A stretch of 64,000 nt of DNA. It comes from a virus (Duplodnaviria > Caudoviricetes). This document shows positions 27,137 to 35,294 of the stretch, piece by piece; the first letter of the stretch is position 1; each line of letters opens with the position of its first letter. The position numbers and the translations under genes were made by a program. The DNA is taken from positions 1-64,000 of the IMG/VR virus record IMGVR_UViG_2934051868_000003, one strand, 5' to 3'. The notes under the pieces were generated by a model. It saw nothing but the letters and a program-made list of their open reading frames with translations, searched no databases and was not told the DNA's origin.

Positions 27137-27298
27137 TCAGATGTATGAGCTGAACTTGGCTGCCGGGATCCGTGTCTGGTCGGTGTGGGCGGCGAGCACC
27201 CGGCGGACGATCGCCGTCGTATCCGCCCGGTCGAGCCGGTCGAGCGGCACAGTGCGGGCACGGTCGAGTGGTGCGGGCTGGCTGACGCTGCTGGTCAT
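27137..27298 (-). CDS. FxSxx-COOH family peptide (53 aa)
   Basis: MTSSVSQPAPLDRARTVPLDRLDRADTTAIVRRVLAAHTDQTRIPAAKFSSYI; GAGGG RBS, ATGA coupling; read by hand. Confidence 0.75.
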   Translation of the reverse strand: MTSSVSQPAPLDRARTVPLDRLDRADTTAIVRRVLAAHTDQTRIPAAKFSSYI

Positions 27299-27525
27299 GG
27301 TCCCTCGCGAGGCTCGTCGGGTTGCAGGCCGGTGGCGCGGATGTGCGCGGCCGTGTCGGGGTCAGCCCAGTGCAGCCGGCAGTCGGGGTCGTCGCACGGG
27401 TTCCGTGACGCCCGCCGCGGGTCGTCGCGGGTTTCCTCCACCGCGTTGATGACGGGGCGTGCCTGGTCGCGGATCCGCCACGCCTCGCGCGCCTGCTCCG
27501 GGGCGTGGCGTCTCGGCTTGGTCAT
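27295..27525 (-). CDS. small hypothetical protein (CxxxxCxxH)
   Basis: ATGA-coupled to XRE gene and to the peptide gene. Confidence 0.65.
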   Translation of the reverse strand: MTKPRRHAPEQAREAWRIRDQARPVINAVEETRDDPRRASRNPCDDPDCRLHWADPDTAAHIRATGLQPDEPREGP

Positions 27526-28721
27526 GCCTGGACCGTAACCCACGGCCCCGGTGTGGTGGCGGCGTGCCGGGCCAGCTCGTCCAGGCCATCCGACCGGTAG
27601 CCGGCCGGAACACAGCGCAGCAGATCCGATACGGCCATACCCACCGTGTGCACCTGAGTTGGCAGGGCTTGCACGGCCCGCAGCGCGTACTCGACCCCGC
27701 CCGCGACGTCCCCATGCCGGACCAGGGACAGCCCGTAATACACCTGCCCCTCCCGCCACCACACCGGTGTCGCCCGCAGCACCGGTTCGGCGCGGCGCCA
27801 CGCCAGGTCAGCGGTCGTCTCCGTGCCGAGCCGGCATTCGAGGTAGTGGTCGAACGACAGCACCCGGCCCGCCTCCGCATGTCCGGCGTCGAGCCGGTCG
27901 AGGACATCCCACATGCGGCCCAGCGTGTTCCGCCCGTCGGCGAGGCGTCCGGTGAGTGCGTGGACGTGCAGCACCGCCGAATGCGCTTCGAGGGCGCCCA
28001 GCGACGGGGAGGGGGACAGTGCGAGCGCATGTTCGGCGCGCTGCAACGTCTCATCCACCGTCAATCCTTCGAAGATCGCCCGGGAGGCGGTGCGTGCCCG
28101 CACGTACACGCGGACGCCCGTGTCGGTGGACCGGTCGGCGAGGGTGGCTGCGGTCCGATACCAGCCGTGCGCGGCGGCGACGTCGGCCTGGTTGCCGCGC
28201 CACAGCCCGTACAGTTGGCCGAGCATGGCGGCGCCGCGCAGCGCATCTGCGTCGGTGGGGGTGGCGGCCAACGCCTGCCGGGCGATCATCAGTTGGGCGA
28301 GCAGCCCGGCACCGAATGCGGGTGACGGGTCGGAGACGAGGCGGCGGGAGTAGTCGGCGACCACCGCATCCCAGTCCGGTCGCTCGCCGGAGGTTTCGTC
28401 CAGGCCGTGCCGGATCAGATCGGCCAGTGCGGCGGCCCCGGCCAAACCGGCGGTAGCGGTCACAGCGGCGGCGGTCGTGAGTAGGGCTCGGCGTCTCATG
28501 GCGGGCTCCTCATCGTCCAGCCCGGCCAGCACCGCCAGCAGGGGAGTGGTACCGAACAGGCTGTCGCAGGCCGCAGCCAGCTCGGGCCGGCAACGCCGCT
28601 GGCCGGTTTCGACCATGCCGATCTCAGATTTGCTGTAGTGCACCTTTTCGGCGAGGCCACGGACGGTCAGCCCGGCGGCTTCCCGCACCGATTTGAGCAC
28701 TTCACCCAGGGTGTCAGCCAT
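27522..28721 (-). CDS. XRE-family regulator with C-terminal helical (TPR-like) domain
   Basis: LKSVREAAGLTVRGLAEKVHYSKSEIGMVETGQR HTH; MRRRALL linker; helical repeats. Confidence 0.85.
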   Translation of the reverse strand: MADTLGEVLKSVREAAGLTVRGLAEKVHYSKSEIGMVETGQRRCRPELAAACDSLFGTTPLLAVLAGLDDEEPAMRRRALLTTAAAVTATAGLAGAAALADLIRHGLDETSGERPDWDAVVADYSRRLVSDPSPAFGAGLLAQLMIARQALAATPTDADALRGAAMLGQLYGLWRGNQADVAAAHGWYRTAATLADRSTDTGVRVYVRARTASRAIFEGLTVDETLQRAEHALALSPSPSLGALEAHSAVLHVHALTGRLADGRNTLGRMWDVLDRLDAGHAEAGRVLSFDHYLECRLGTETTADLAWRRAEPVLRATPVWWREGQVYYGLSLVRHGDVAGGVEYALRAVQALPTQVHTVGMAVSDLLRCVPAGYRSDGLDELARHAATTPGPWVTVQA

Positions 28722-28734
28722 GCCTGCCGCCGGA

Positions 28735-28754
28735 GTGTGGACGGGTGTGGACGG
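28735..28754. repeat. Tandem GTGTGGACGG x2 upstream of the XRE gene (operator candidate)
   Basis: Direct repeat seen in sequence. Confidence 0.5.
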
Positions 28755-29168
28755 GTCGGGTCTGTCTACCGACGGTAAGGGCGGGTGATGCTGCGGGCAA
28801 GGACCGGGGCGGTGGGGCTGCCCCCGTGGCTTCGGCCGTTCCGGTCCGCCCCGGGCGGGGTGTCTTTCCCGTACCTTCACGCGATGTGTGCGAGCACCAT
28901 GCGCCCGGGTTGGGGATGGGTGGGGGCGGCTGCTGTCGACGAGGACCGGTCGCCTTCACTCCCGGACGCGGTGGGGGTGGATGGTGTTTGGGCCGTGGTG
29001 GTGGTGCACCGACCTGGAAGGCCGGCACATGGTGCGGTCGGACACGCCGCCGCCTGTCGTGGTCGCGCAGACTGTGGGCCGGCTACTCAACCCGGACCGG
29101 TTGTTCGCCTCCGGCTCCGCGTCGTGTGAGCGGCCGAACCTGTCCCGCCGCCACCGGAAGCCGCAGCG

Positions 29169-29396
29169 GTGACCGGCATGTACGACGAGATCGACGCGTC
29201 AACGCTGGTGGTGATCGCGTCGATGACGGAGAACGCGCACGCCAACACCCCCGGCCAAACGTCGGCGGGTTGCCCGCAGTGCACCCCCACCGGGTGCGGG
29301 CAGTTGGACTGGGCGTTGAAGGTGCTGGCGGAGCATCGGGCGGCGCGGGCGAAGTTCCTCGGCCGCGACGTGCGCGGCGGCCGTGACGGCGGTTGA
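29169..29396 (+). CDS. small Cys-containing protein
   Basis: H...CPQC...C; divergent from XRE gene. Confidence 0.65.
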   Translation: MTGMYDEIDASTLVVIASMTENAHANTPGQTSAGCPQCTPTGCGQLDWALKVLAEHRAARAKFLGRDVRGGRDGG

Positions 29397-29619
29397 CGGC
29401 GGCTGGGATGTCGCCGAGGTGCGGCAGGGCCTGCTGCTGTCGGCCCGCTGCATCATCACCGACCACTGGCCGGTGTCGTCGCGTCGGGACTGGTGTCCGG
29501 TGTGCCGGTGCGGGTGGCCGTGTCAGGCGACGCGGGATGCGTACGCGTATCTGCGGTTGCGTCGGGTGGGGTTGTGGGTGCCGCCGCATGTGAGGCATCA
29601 GGATTTCCCGCGGGGGTAG
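29383..29619 (+). CDS. small Zn-binding-like protein (CPVC...WPC)
   Basis: Motif of the kind found in small genes next to actinomycete XRE regulators. Confidence 0.65.
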   Translation: MTAVDGGWDVAEVRQGLLLSARCIITDHWPVSSRRDWCPVCRCGWPCQATRDAYAYLRLRRVGLWVPPHVRHQDFPRG

Positions 29620-29646
29620 CTGCGCTGGCGTTGTACGGTGGCGGGT

Positions 29647-29856
29647 GTGGCGTCCAGGGGCAGGCAGTTGACCGTGTCGCAGGTGTGCGAGCTGGTGGGG
29701 GTGCGGCCGGGCACGTGGCGGGGGTATGTGTCGCGTGGTTTGCCGGTGGGGAATCCGGCGCCGAAGGCGGATGGTCGTCATGATTTGCGGACGCCGTGGT
29801 GGTGGGAGTCGTCGGTGCGGGAGTGGATGGCTCGCCGTCCGGGGCGCAACCCCTGA
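29647..29856 (+). CDS. AlpA/excisionase-like DNA-binding protein
   Basis: LTVSQVCELVGVRPGTWRGYVSRG...P.PDG...W....V.EW...RPG pattern. Confidence 0.75.
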   Translation: MASRGRQLTVSQVCELVGVRPGTWRGYVSRGLPVGNPAPKADGRHDLRTPWWWESSVREWMARRPGRNP

Positions 29857-30146
29857 GTGTGGCCGTGACGTTGGGTGTCGTCCGGTTCGTTCCGGACGCC
29901 GGCCGGCTTGCCCGTTTTGGTTGTGCAGCGGGTCACACGTGTTGGCTGGCCTGCGGGTTTGGGTGTCGGCTGCGTGACAGTTGTTTCCCATATCGGTACA
30001 ACACGCGGCGGTGTGACGTGGGCCACTCGCGTTTTCGGTGACGCGGTGTATCGGCCGCCCCTGTTTGTCCACATTCTCGCCGCTGCCGTCCGCGCCCTTT
30101 GGGCGGCCGGCGCTTCCCAGTCCGCGTTTCCCCTGCTCAACGGCCG

Positions 30147-30175
30147 TAGACCATGCAGCGCTAGCGCTGCATACT
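30147..30175 (+). promoter_or_regulatory. Promoter TAGACC-17nt-CATACT with perfect 20-bp palindrome in the spacer
   Basis: ATGCAGCGCTAGCGCTGCAT at 30153-30172. Confidence 0.7.
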
Positions 30176-30208
30176 AGGTGGATTGCCGCCACACCCCAGG
30201 GAGCCGAC

Positions 30209-30415
30209 ATGGTCACCGCCGAGGACATCCGCACCGCCACCAACGCCGACGACATCCGCGCCCGCCTCACCGCCATGACCGTCCCGCAGCTCAACGCCCT
30301 CGCCGGACAACTCGACATCTGGGTGTACGGCAACAAGGGCGACCGGGTCCGCGAGATCGCGACGCACGGCGTGCAGCGCCGGCTCACCGCCGCCGTCCTC
30401 TCCCGCCCCCGCTGA
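30209..30415 (+). CDS. small protein, SAP/HeH-like helical motif
   Basis: AGGAG RBS; LTAMTVPQLNALAGQLDIWVYGNKGDRV. Confidence 0.7.
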   Translation: MVTAEDIRTATNADDIRARLTAMTVPQLNALAGQLDIWVYGNKGDRVREIATHGVQRRLTAAVLSRPR

Positions 30416-30430
30416 ACCACCCCCACACAC

Positions 30431-30484
30431 AAAGAGAGCCGCCCCGCCCCCTCGACAGTGAGGGAAGCGGGGCGGCTCTTTCTC
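30431..30484. terminator. Bidirectional terminator closing the late operon
   Basis: AGAGCCGCCCCGC/GCGGGGCGGCTCT stem with A- and T-rich flanks. Confidence 0.75.
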
Positions 30485-30498
30485 TGCGCGGCGGCAGT

Positions 30499-30873
30499 TC
30501 AGGCGGTGCGCTCCACCTGCGGGGCGGTGCCCTTCGACGGCACGCCGTTGTCCGAGACGGCCGGGGCGACGACGACGCCGAGGGCCTGGCCGGCGGTCAG
30601 CAGCAGCAGGATCCACTCGTTCGAGTCGAGCCCACCCAGGATCAGGGTGGCGAGCACCTGAAGGACCGCCAGCAGCGTGTTGACGGCCGTCTTCCCCCAC
30701 CGGTACTCCGGGGCCAGCGGCACCACGAACGTACCCAGCGCGCCCGCGAACGCGATAGCCACCGCCACCCACTCGGTGGGCTCGATGTGGTTGTCGCCCG
30801 AAGATGCCGCATAGACGGCGACGAGGGCGGCGAAGAACGTGGAGGCGATGGCCTTGCCGTACTTGTTGAACAT
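30499..30873 (-). CDS. holin-like membrane protein
   Basis: GAGGAGG RBS; duplicated KA...EW TM pairs. Confidence 0.75.
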   Translation of the reverse strand: MFNKYGKAIASTFFAALVAVYAASSGDNHIEPTEWVAVAIAFAGALGTFVVPLAPEYRWGKTAVNTLLAVLQVLATLILGGLDSNEWILLLLTAGQALGVVVAPAVSDNGVPSKGTAPQVERTA

Positions 30874-30970
30874 GACCCCTCCTCAGGGGTTGAGCTGGTG
30901 GAAGGAAACCGGCCCCAAACCTGAACGGTCCGGCCGGGCATTCAAGGAAACGGCCCGTAGCCTGAACGGC

Positions 30971-31393
30971 ATGGGCGACAAGCCGAGCCAGCCGTGGAAC
31001 ACCACCGGCATCCGCCGTGTGCAACGGTGGCGGCGAGGACACGCCAACGCCTACGACACCGCGACGATCACGCTGAGCATCACCCCGGGCGGGCAGTGGC
31101 TCGTCGAGCAGTCCCGGGTCACCGCAGGCGCCCGCGCCTACGACAGCGAGCAGGACGCCCGCCATGCGATCGGGCGGCTACAGGCCGGCGGCGGCTGGGT
31201 GGAGACACCCGCCAACTACGACGCCCGGCACCAGCCCACCGAGCCGGGCTGGACCAAACGCGGCGGCCAGTGGATCCGCGAGCCGGTCAGCAACGATCCG
31301 ACGGCGGCGGAGGCGGCGGCAGCGTCGCCCGCAGCTTCTCCTGCTCCTCCAACGTGTCCCGCCACCGCTTCAACGCCACCCGAACCTCAGTGA
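30971..31393 (+). CDS. hypothetical protein (reverse-oriented moron)
   Basis: TAGCCT -10 seven nt before ATG; Trp-rich. Confidence 0.6.
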   Translation: MGDKPSQPWNTTGIRRVQRWRRGHANAYDTATITLSITPGGQWLVEQSRVTAGARAYDSEQDARHAIGRLQAGGGWVETPANYDARHQPTEPGWTKRGGQWIREPVSNDPTAAEAAAASPAASPAPPTCPATASTPPEPQ

Positions 31394-31439
31394 TGTAATC
31401 GGACAGCATCTGGACACGCGCCCATCGAGCGCAAGGAGA

Positions 31440-32081
31440 CTAGACGGCCTGGCTCGGCACAACCTGTCGCCTCTGCTTACGCCGTTCCTCCGAAGCCCTA
31501 TTGCAAGCCCGGCACTGCCAGACCCCCGTTGACGGCACCACGTACAGATTCTCACCTGCGTACGGGTGCCCGCGGCGACAGTGGGACGGGCGTGGCTTCG
31601 GCGGCTTGTTGGTCCGCGCATGTGCGCGAGCGGCCGACCGCGCGGAGTTCTTGCGCTGATAGCGGCACGTCCGACAGGTCCGCTTCTCGTATCCGCCTTC
31701 AACGCGGATGTGAGTGTTCACCGCAGTGAATTCGTGACCTTGTACGCAGTGGGTCTTACGAGCGGGATATGCCCGGCTCACGTTCTCAGGACCGGAGAGC
31801 GGAACAAGATGCTGGGGGCGGACGCATCGGCGGTGGAGGCATCCGGTTCCACCGCGGCACGTCGGATCAGCGGTGTGGCAGATGTGCTCGATGGTCATGC
31901 CAGCCGGGATCGGCCCCACAAAGTGCTCGTAGGCGAAGCGGTGCGCGGAGACAGACTTCCCGTAAGCGCTGAACCGGGCATAGCCGCTCTTGGTGACCTG
32001 CTTGGTCCAGAGCCAGCAGCCGCCGTCGGCCTGCTTGACCTTGCCCATGAAGCGGTCGGTGATCGGTATAACCTTGCCCAT
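31440..32081 (-). CDS. HNH homing endonuclease with two C-terminal Zn-binding repeats
   Basis: CWLW...GY..F...AHRFAYE..VGPIP...H.C...CVRPQHL...EN; CxxGH...N...CRxC twice. Confidence 0.88.
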   Translation of the reverse strand: MGKVIPITDRFMGKVKQADGGCWLWTKQVTKSGYARFSAYGKSVSAHRFAYEHFVGPIPAGMTIEHICHTADPTCRGGTGCLHRRCVRPQHLVPLSGPENVSRAYPARKTHCVQGHEFTAVNTHIRVEGGYEKRTCRTCRYQRKNSARSAARAHARTNKPPKPRPSHCRRGHPYAGENLYVVPSTGVWQCRACNRASEERRKQRRQVVPSQAV

Positions 32082-32170
32082 GCGGGCTCCTTCATCTCGC
32101 TGGCAGTCCGTCAGGTCCCGGGCGTTCGCAGCGCGCCGGGACCACCTATTTTCGCACGTCGTGGCTAGTT

Positions 32171-32656
32171 TCATCCATCTTGCCGAGTCGGCCCTCGTTG
32201 GGCAGCAGGGTCTTCGTCAACGACCTCATCGCCTTCGGCGGTCACCATCACCCGCAACTGCTGCAACGCCGTACCCGGATCCTCTGCCGCAGCGGCACGC
32301 ACGATCGCCGACCGCCACGACTTCAACATGCGCGTCAACTCCCGCACGGTCGCCCGCAGATCACCGATCTCAGATTGCGCCGCCTCCGCCTGCTCCCGCG
32401 CCGCGTTCACCTGCGTGCGGGCGCCCTTCACCTCCACTTCCAGTTCGGTGACCCTGGCGCGCAGTGGCTCCACCAGCGTCAACGCGGTGTCGGTGATGAC
32501 ATCCGCCGCATCAGCTTTGATCTTCTTCCGCTGCATGATCGTCGCCACCAACGCGGCAACACCACCCGCCCCACCCACCAGGCCGATGATTGTGATGACG
32601 GTTGACACCCACGAGCCGCCGACAGGTGGCGCTTCGGCAGCCCACAACGCGGTCAA
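32171..32656 (-). CDS. TM plus coiled-coil lysis-associated protein
   Basis: TTGA coupling; N-terminal TM, coiled coil. Confidence 0.7.
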   Translation of the reverse strand: MTALWAAEAPPVGGSWVSTVITIIGLVGGAGGVAALVATIMQRKKIKADAADVITDTALTLVEPLRARVTELEVEVKGARTQVNAAREQAEAAQSEIGDLRATVRELTRMLKSWRSAIVRAAAAEDPGTALQQLRVMVTAEGDEVVDEDPAAQRGPTRQDG

Positions 32657-33120
32657 CGTTCCCTCTCCATCAGCAGCGGCACGTCCGCGGTCAAACCCTG
32701 CTCGGCGGCCCGCGCCACCCGCCGAAGGTCGCGGATGATCTGCCCGACACGCGCCCACGACGCGACCGCCACCGCGACGATGAACGCCCCCGCAGCGATC
32801 GCATTCATGCCCGACACCACATACAGGGCGACGGCGTACATGCTGGTGGAGGTACCCAATGCGACCATCGACACCAGCTCGACACCCATGGAGGTAGGCA
32901 GGCTACCCGGCCACGCAAGCGCGGCCAAGCCGATCACCCCTGCGACGACCAGCCCGACCTGCCAGGCCGCCTGCACTCCGGCAGGCATGGCCGCGGCGAC
33001 GGATGCGGGCCGCCGGTCGGTGACCATGAGGACGACCCCGCAGATCAGGACGGCGAGCAGAACGGCGATTTCGAAGGGGTGCCGTCCGGACACGATCTGA
33101 ACGGGGCGGGCCCGGTTCAC
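32653..33120 (-). CDS. four-TM membrane protein (holin-like)
   Basis: RHPFE motif, 4 TMs, follows endolysin. Confidence 0.75.
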   Translation of the reverse strand: MNRARPVQIVSGRHPFEIAVLLAVLICGVVLMVTDRRPASVAAAMPAGVQAAWQVGLVVAGVIGLAALAWPGSLPTSMGVELVSMVALGTSTSMYAVALYVVSGMNAIAAGAFIVAVAVASWARVGQIIRDLRRVARAAEQGLTADVPLLMERER

Positions 33121-34829
33121 GTGGCGAGCCGGCGGGACAGTTCGTCAGCCACGTCCTGGGCGAGCTGCGCGGGGATCGCGGCGGCGATCTTCTCCGGAGG
33201 CAGTCCGGCCAGCACACCCGCCACGATCGCCTGCTCATCCACGTCACCCGGCTTCGGCAGCGCGGCCAGAGCAGCAGCCAACTCGGTCGGGTTGACGCCT
33301 TCCGCGCCGATCAGGGCAGGAAGCTTCCCCAGCAGCGTCGACACCGCCTGAACCTGCGCGACCAGCCACATCGGCTGCCCGCCGCCCTTCAAGTCCGCGC
33401 GCACCACCGGCCGCCCGTTCGCCGCGGCTTCCATCCGCGCGTCCGTGTACGCAGTCTGCGACAGCAAGGTGGGCAGCGCCGCGGCGAGCTGGTCGAGCAC
33501 CGCCGCATGCTTATCGGTGAAGTTCGCCATGTCGTCCTCCAGAATTCCGATCTCGGTCAGGTAGCGGCGGAACACCGCGGACTGGTCAGCGCCCGCCTTG
33601 ATGGCGTCCCGGTGATAGCTGATGTGCGTGTGCCACCTGTGGGAGTCATCCCCCGTGCGTCGCTTCCCGAGGCGGTCCCAGCGGACCACCGTCCGCCCGT
33701 CCAGCGAGTAGATGACCTCCCGAACGTCGCGGGTGTCGGCGGTGCCCTGCGCGCACTGCGACACCAGCCAGGCGGACAGGTGCGGCAGGTCGTAGCGTCG
33801 CCCGCCGACGGTCACCTCGAACTGGCCGATGTCGAGGGCGCACGCGAACGACGACAGGCCGGTCCGGTCCCGGGATGACTCGACCACGCTGTAGTCGTTG
33901 CCGACCACCCGGTCGGCGCCGCAGTGGTAGCCGCCGCGGTGGGCCGGGTCCCCGACGATGCCGACCTCGGCGGGCTCCAGGTCGGCGTCGACCACCTTGC
34001 CCGGGTTGATGTCGAGGTAGGTCAGCAGCAGCCGGCGGGCGTCGAGCAGGGTTTGTGGTGCGGTGGTAGCCATCGCCGCCTCCTCCACGATCAGGGTTTG
34101 CCACGCCGCCATGGCCGTCTCCGACCCGGATGCCATCAGGTCACAGCCGCCCTTGTGGAACCACGCGACCGCCAGGCCGCCGTCGGCGCGCACGGCGTCG
34201 ACCATGGCCCGCATCCACGCCGACCGGCCCGACCCGTCGGCGTCGCCGGCAATCTGCACCGCCCCCAGTTCGGCGACCGCGTACGGAACACCCAGCTCGG
34301 CGGCGACCGCCCGCGGAATCGACAGCAGATCATCCGCGCCGCGGTACGTTTTGCCGTCGTTGTAGATGTCCCAGCCCACAAAGTCGGGTCGCACTTTCGG
34401 CATCCACCTGCGGTCCCCGGCCCACTTCTGCCACCAATAGCGGGTGTAGATGGGGCCGATGAGGATTTCGTCGCGGAGCGGGTGCCCCTCGAACACATCC
34501 ATCAGGGCGGCCTGCTGGGTGTGGTAGTCGTCCAGCGGCGGGTCGCCGGTTTCGGGGCCCTGCTCCGGTTCGTGGTCCTCCGACAGCATCAGCAGCATGC
34601 CGGGCGGCTTCAACCCCGCCCAGGCGGCGACGTCTGACGGTGGGTTCGTTTTGTAGGACAGCCACACCACCGGCACCCCGGCGGCAACGACCGGACCCAG
34701 AACGGGGCCGTCCCAGGCGGGCAACGGTTTCCCGGCCTCAACGAAGATCCGGGCCACGGTGGTGCCCTGGTAGGCGTCGAGCATGACTTTCGTGGCTCGG
34801 GCGCCGGGGCACCAGCCCAGCCAGGTCAT
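33117..34829 (-). CDS. Endolysin: GH26-like N-terminal domain, Zn-peptidase-like domain, C-terminal domain
   Basis: HEPE and VAELG GH-A motifs; GIVGD.AH...YH...ALDI...H..HTHIS peptidase motifs. Confidence 0.75.
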   Translation of the reverse strand: MTWLGWCPGARATKVMLDAYQGTTVARIFVEAGKPLPAWDGPVLGPVVAAGVPVVWLSYKTNPPSDVAAWAGLKPPGMLLMLSEDHEPEQGPETGDPPLDDYHTQQAALMDVFEGHPLRDEILIGPIYTRYWWQKWAGDRRWMPKVRPDFVGWDIYNDGKTYRGADDLLSIPRAVAAELGVPYAVAELGAVQIAGDADGSGRSAWMRAMVDAVRADGGLAVAWFHKGGCDLMASGSETAMAAWQTLIVEEAAMATTAPQTLLDARRLLLTYLDINPGKVVDADLEPAEVGIVGDPAHRGGYHCGADRVVGNDYSVVESSRDRTGLSSFACALDIGQFEVTVGGRRYDLPHLSAWLVSQCAQGTADTRDVREVIYSLDGRTVVRWDRLGKRRTGDDSHRWHTHISYHRDAIKAGADQSAVFRRYLTEIGILEDDMANFTDKHAAVLDQLAAALPTLLSQTAYTDARMEAAANGRPVVRADLKGGGQPMWLVAQVQAVSTLLGKLPALIGAEGVNPTELAAALAALPKPGDVDEQAIVAGVLAGLPPEKIAAAIPAQLAQDVADELSRRLAT

Positions 34830-35275
34830 CAGACCCGCTCCACCATCATCAGGTTGGTTTGCCGGGCGTCACCGAACGAGGTGATGCTGCCGGTGCCGGT
34901 GTCACGCACGGCGAACACACCCACCGTGATGTCACCGGACAGGCCGGTGATCGTCGCGATGGACGTGCACACCTGCCCCTTCCCGGCGATGTCGGCGTTG
35001 GGTAGCTGCGACATGATCTCGGTGCTGCTGCTGTTGGGGTTGCCGAGGCCGGTGGTGTAGCGCAGCCGCACCCGGATCAGGTCACCGGCGACGGACGACT
35101 GCACCGACTGCAACGCGGTGATCTTGTACCGTGCGGCGGGGTTCGCGTTGAACGACACCGTCTGCAACAGCGTTTCCGTCGTCGTGAACGTGCCCACCGA
35201 CGTGTTTCGCAACGACTCCGCCACCCAGCCGGGCAGCAGCGCGGTGTAGACGGTGTCCCCGGCAGCAAGCGGCAT
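34829..35275 (-). CDS. minor tail protein
   Basis: GGGAGG RBS; beta-rich; position after large minor tail gene. Confidence 0.65.
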   Translation of the reverse strand: MPLAAGDTVYTALLPGWVAESLRNTSVGTFTTTETLLQTVSFNANPAARYKITALQSVQSSVAGDLIRVRLRYTTGLGNPNSSSTEIMSQLPNADIAGKGQVCTSIATITGLSGDITVGVFAVRDTGTGSITSFGDARQTNLMMVERV

Positions 35276-35294
35276 GGCAGCCTCCCGATCGTGG

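Noticed and set aside
31287-31410. Short minus-strand ORF (MLSDYITEV...) after the HNH as second exon of an intron-split gene
   Set aside because: No group I intron core recognisable and the upstream gene ends with its own stop
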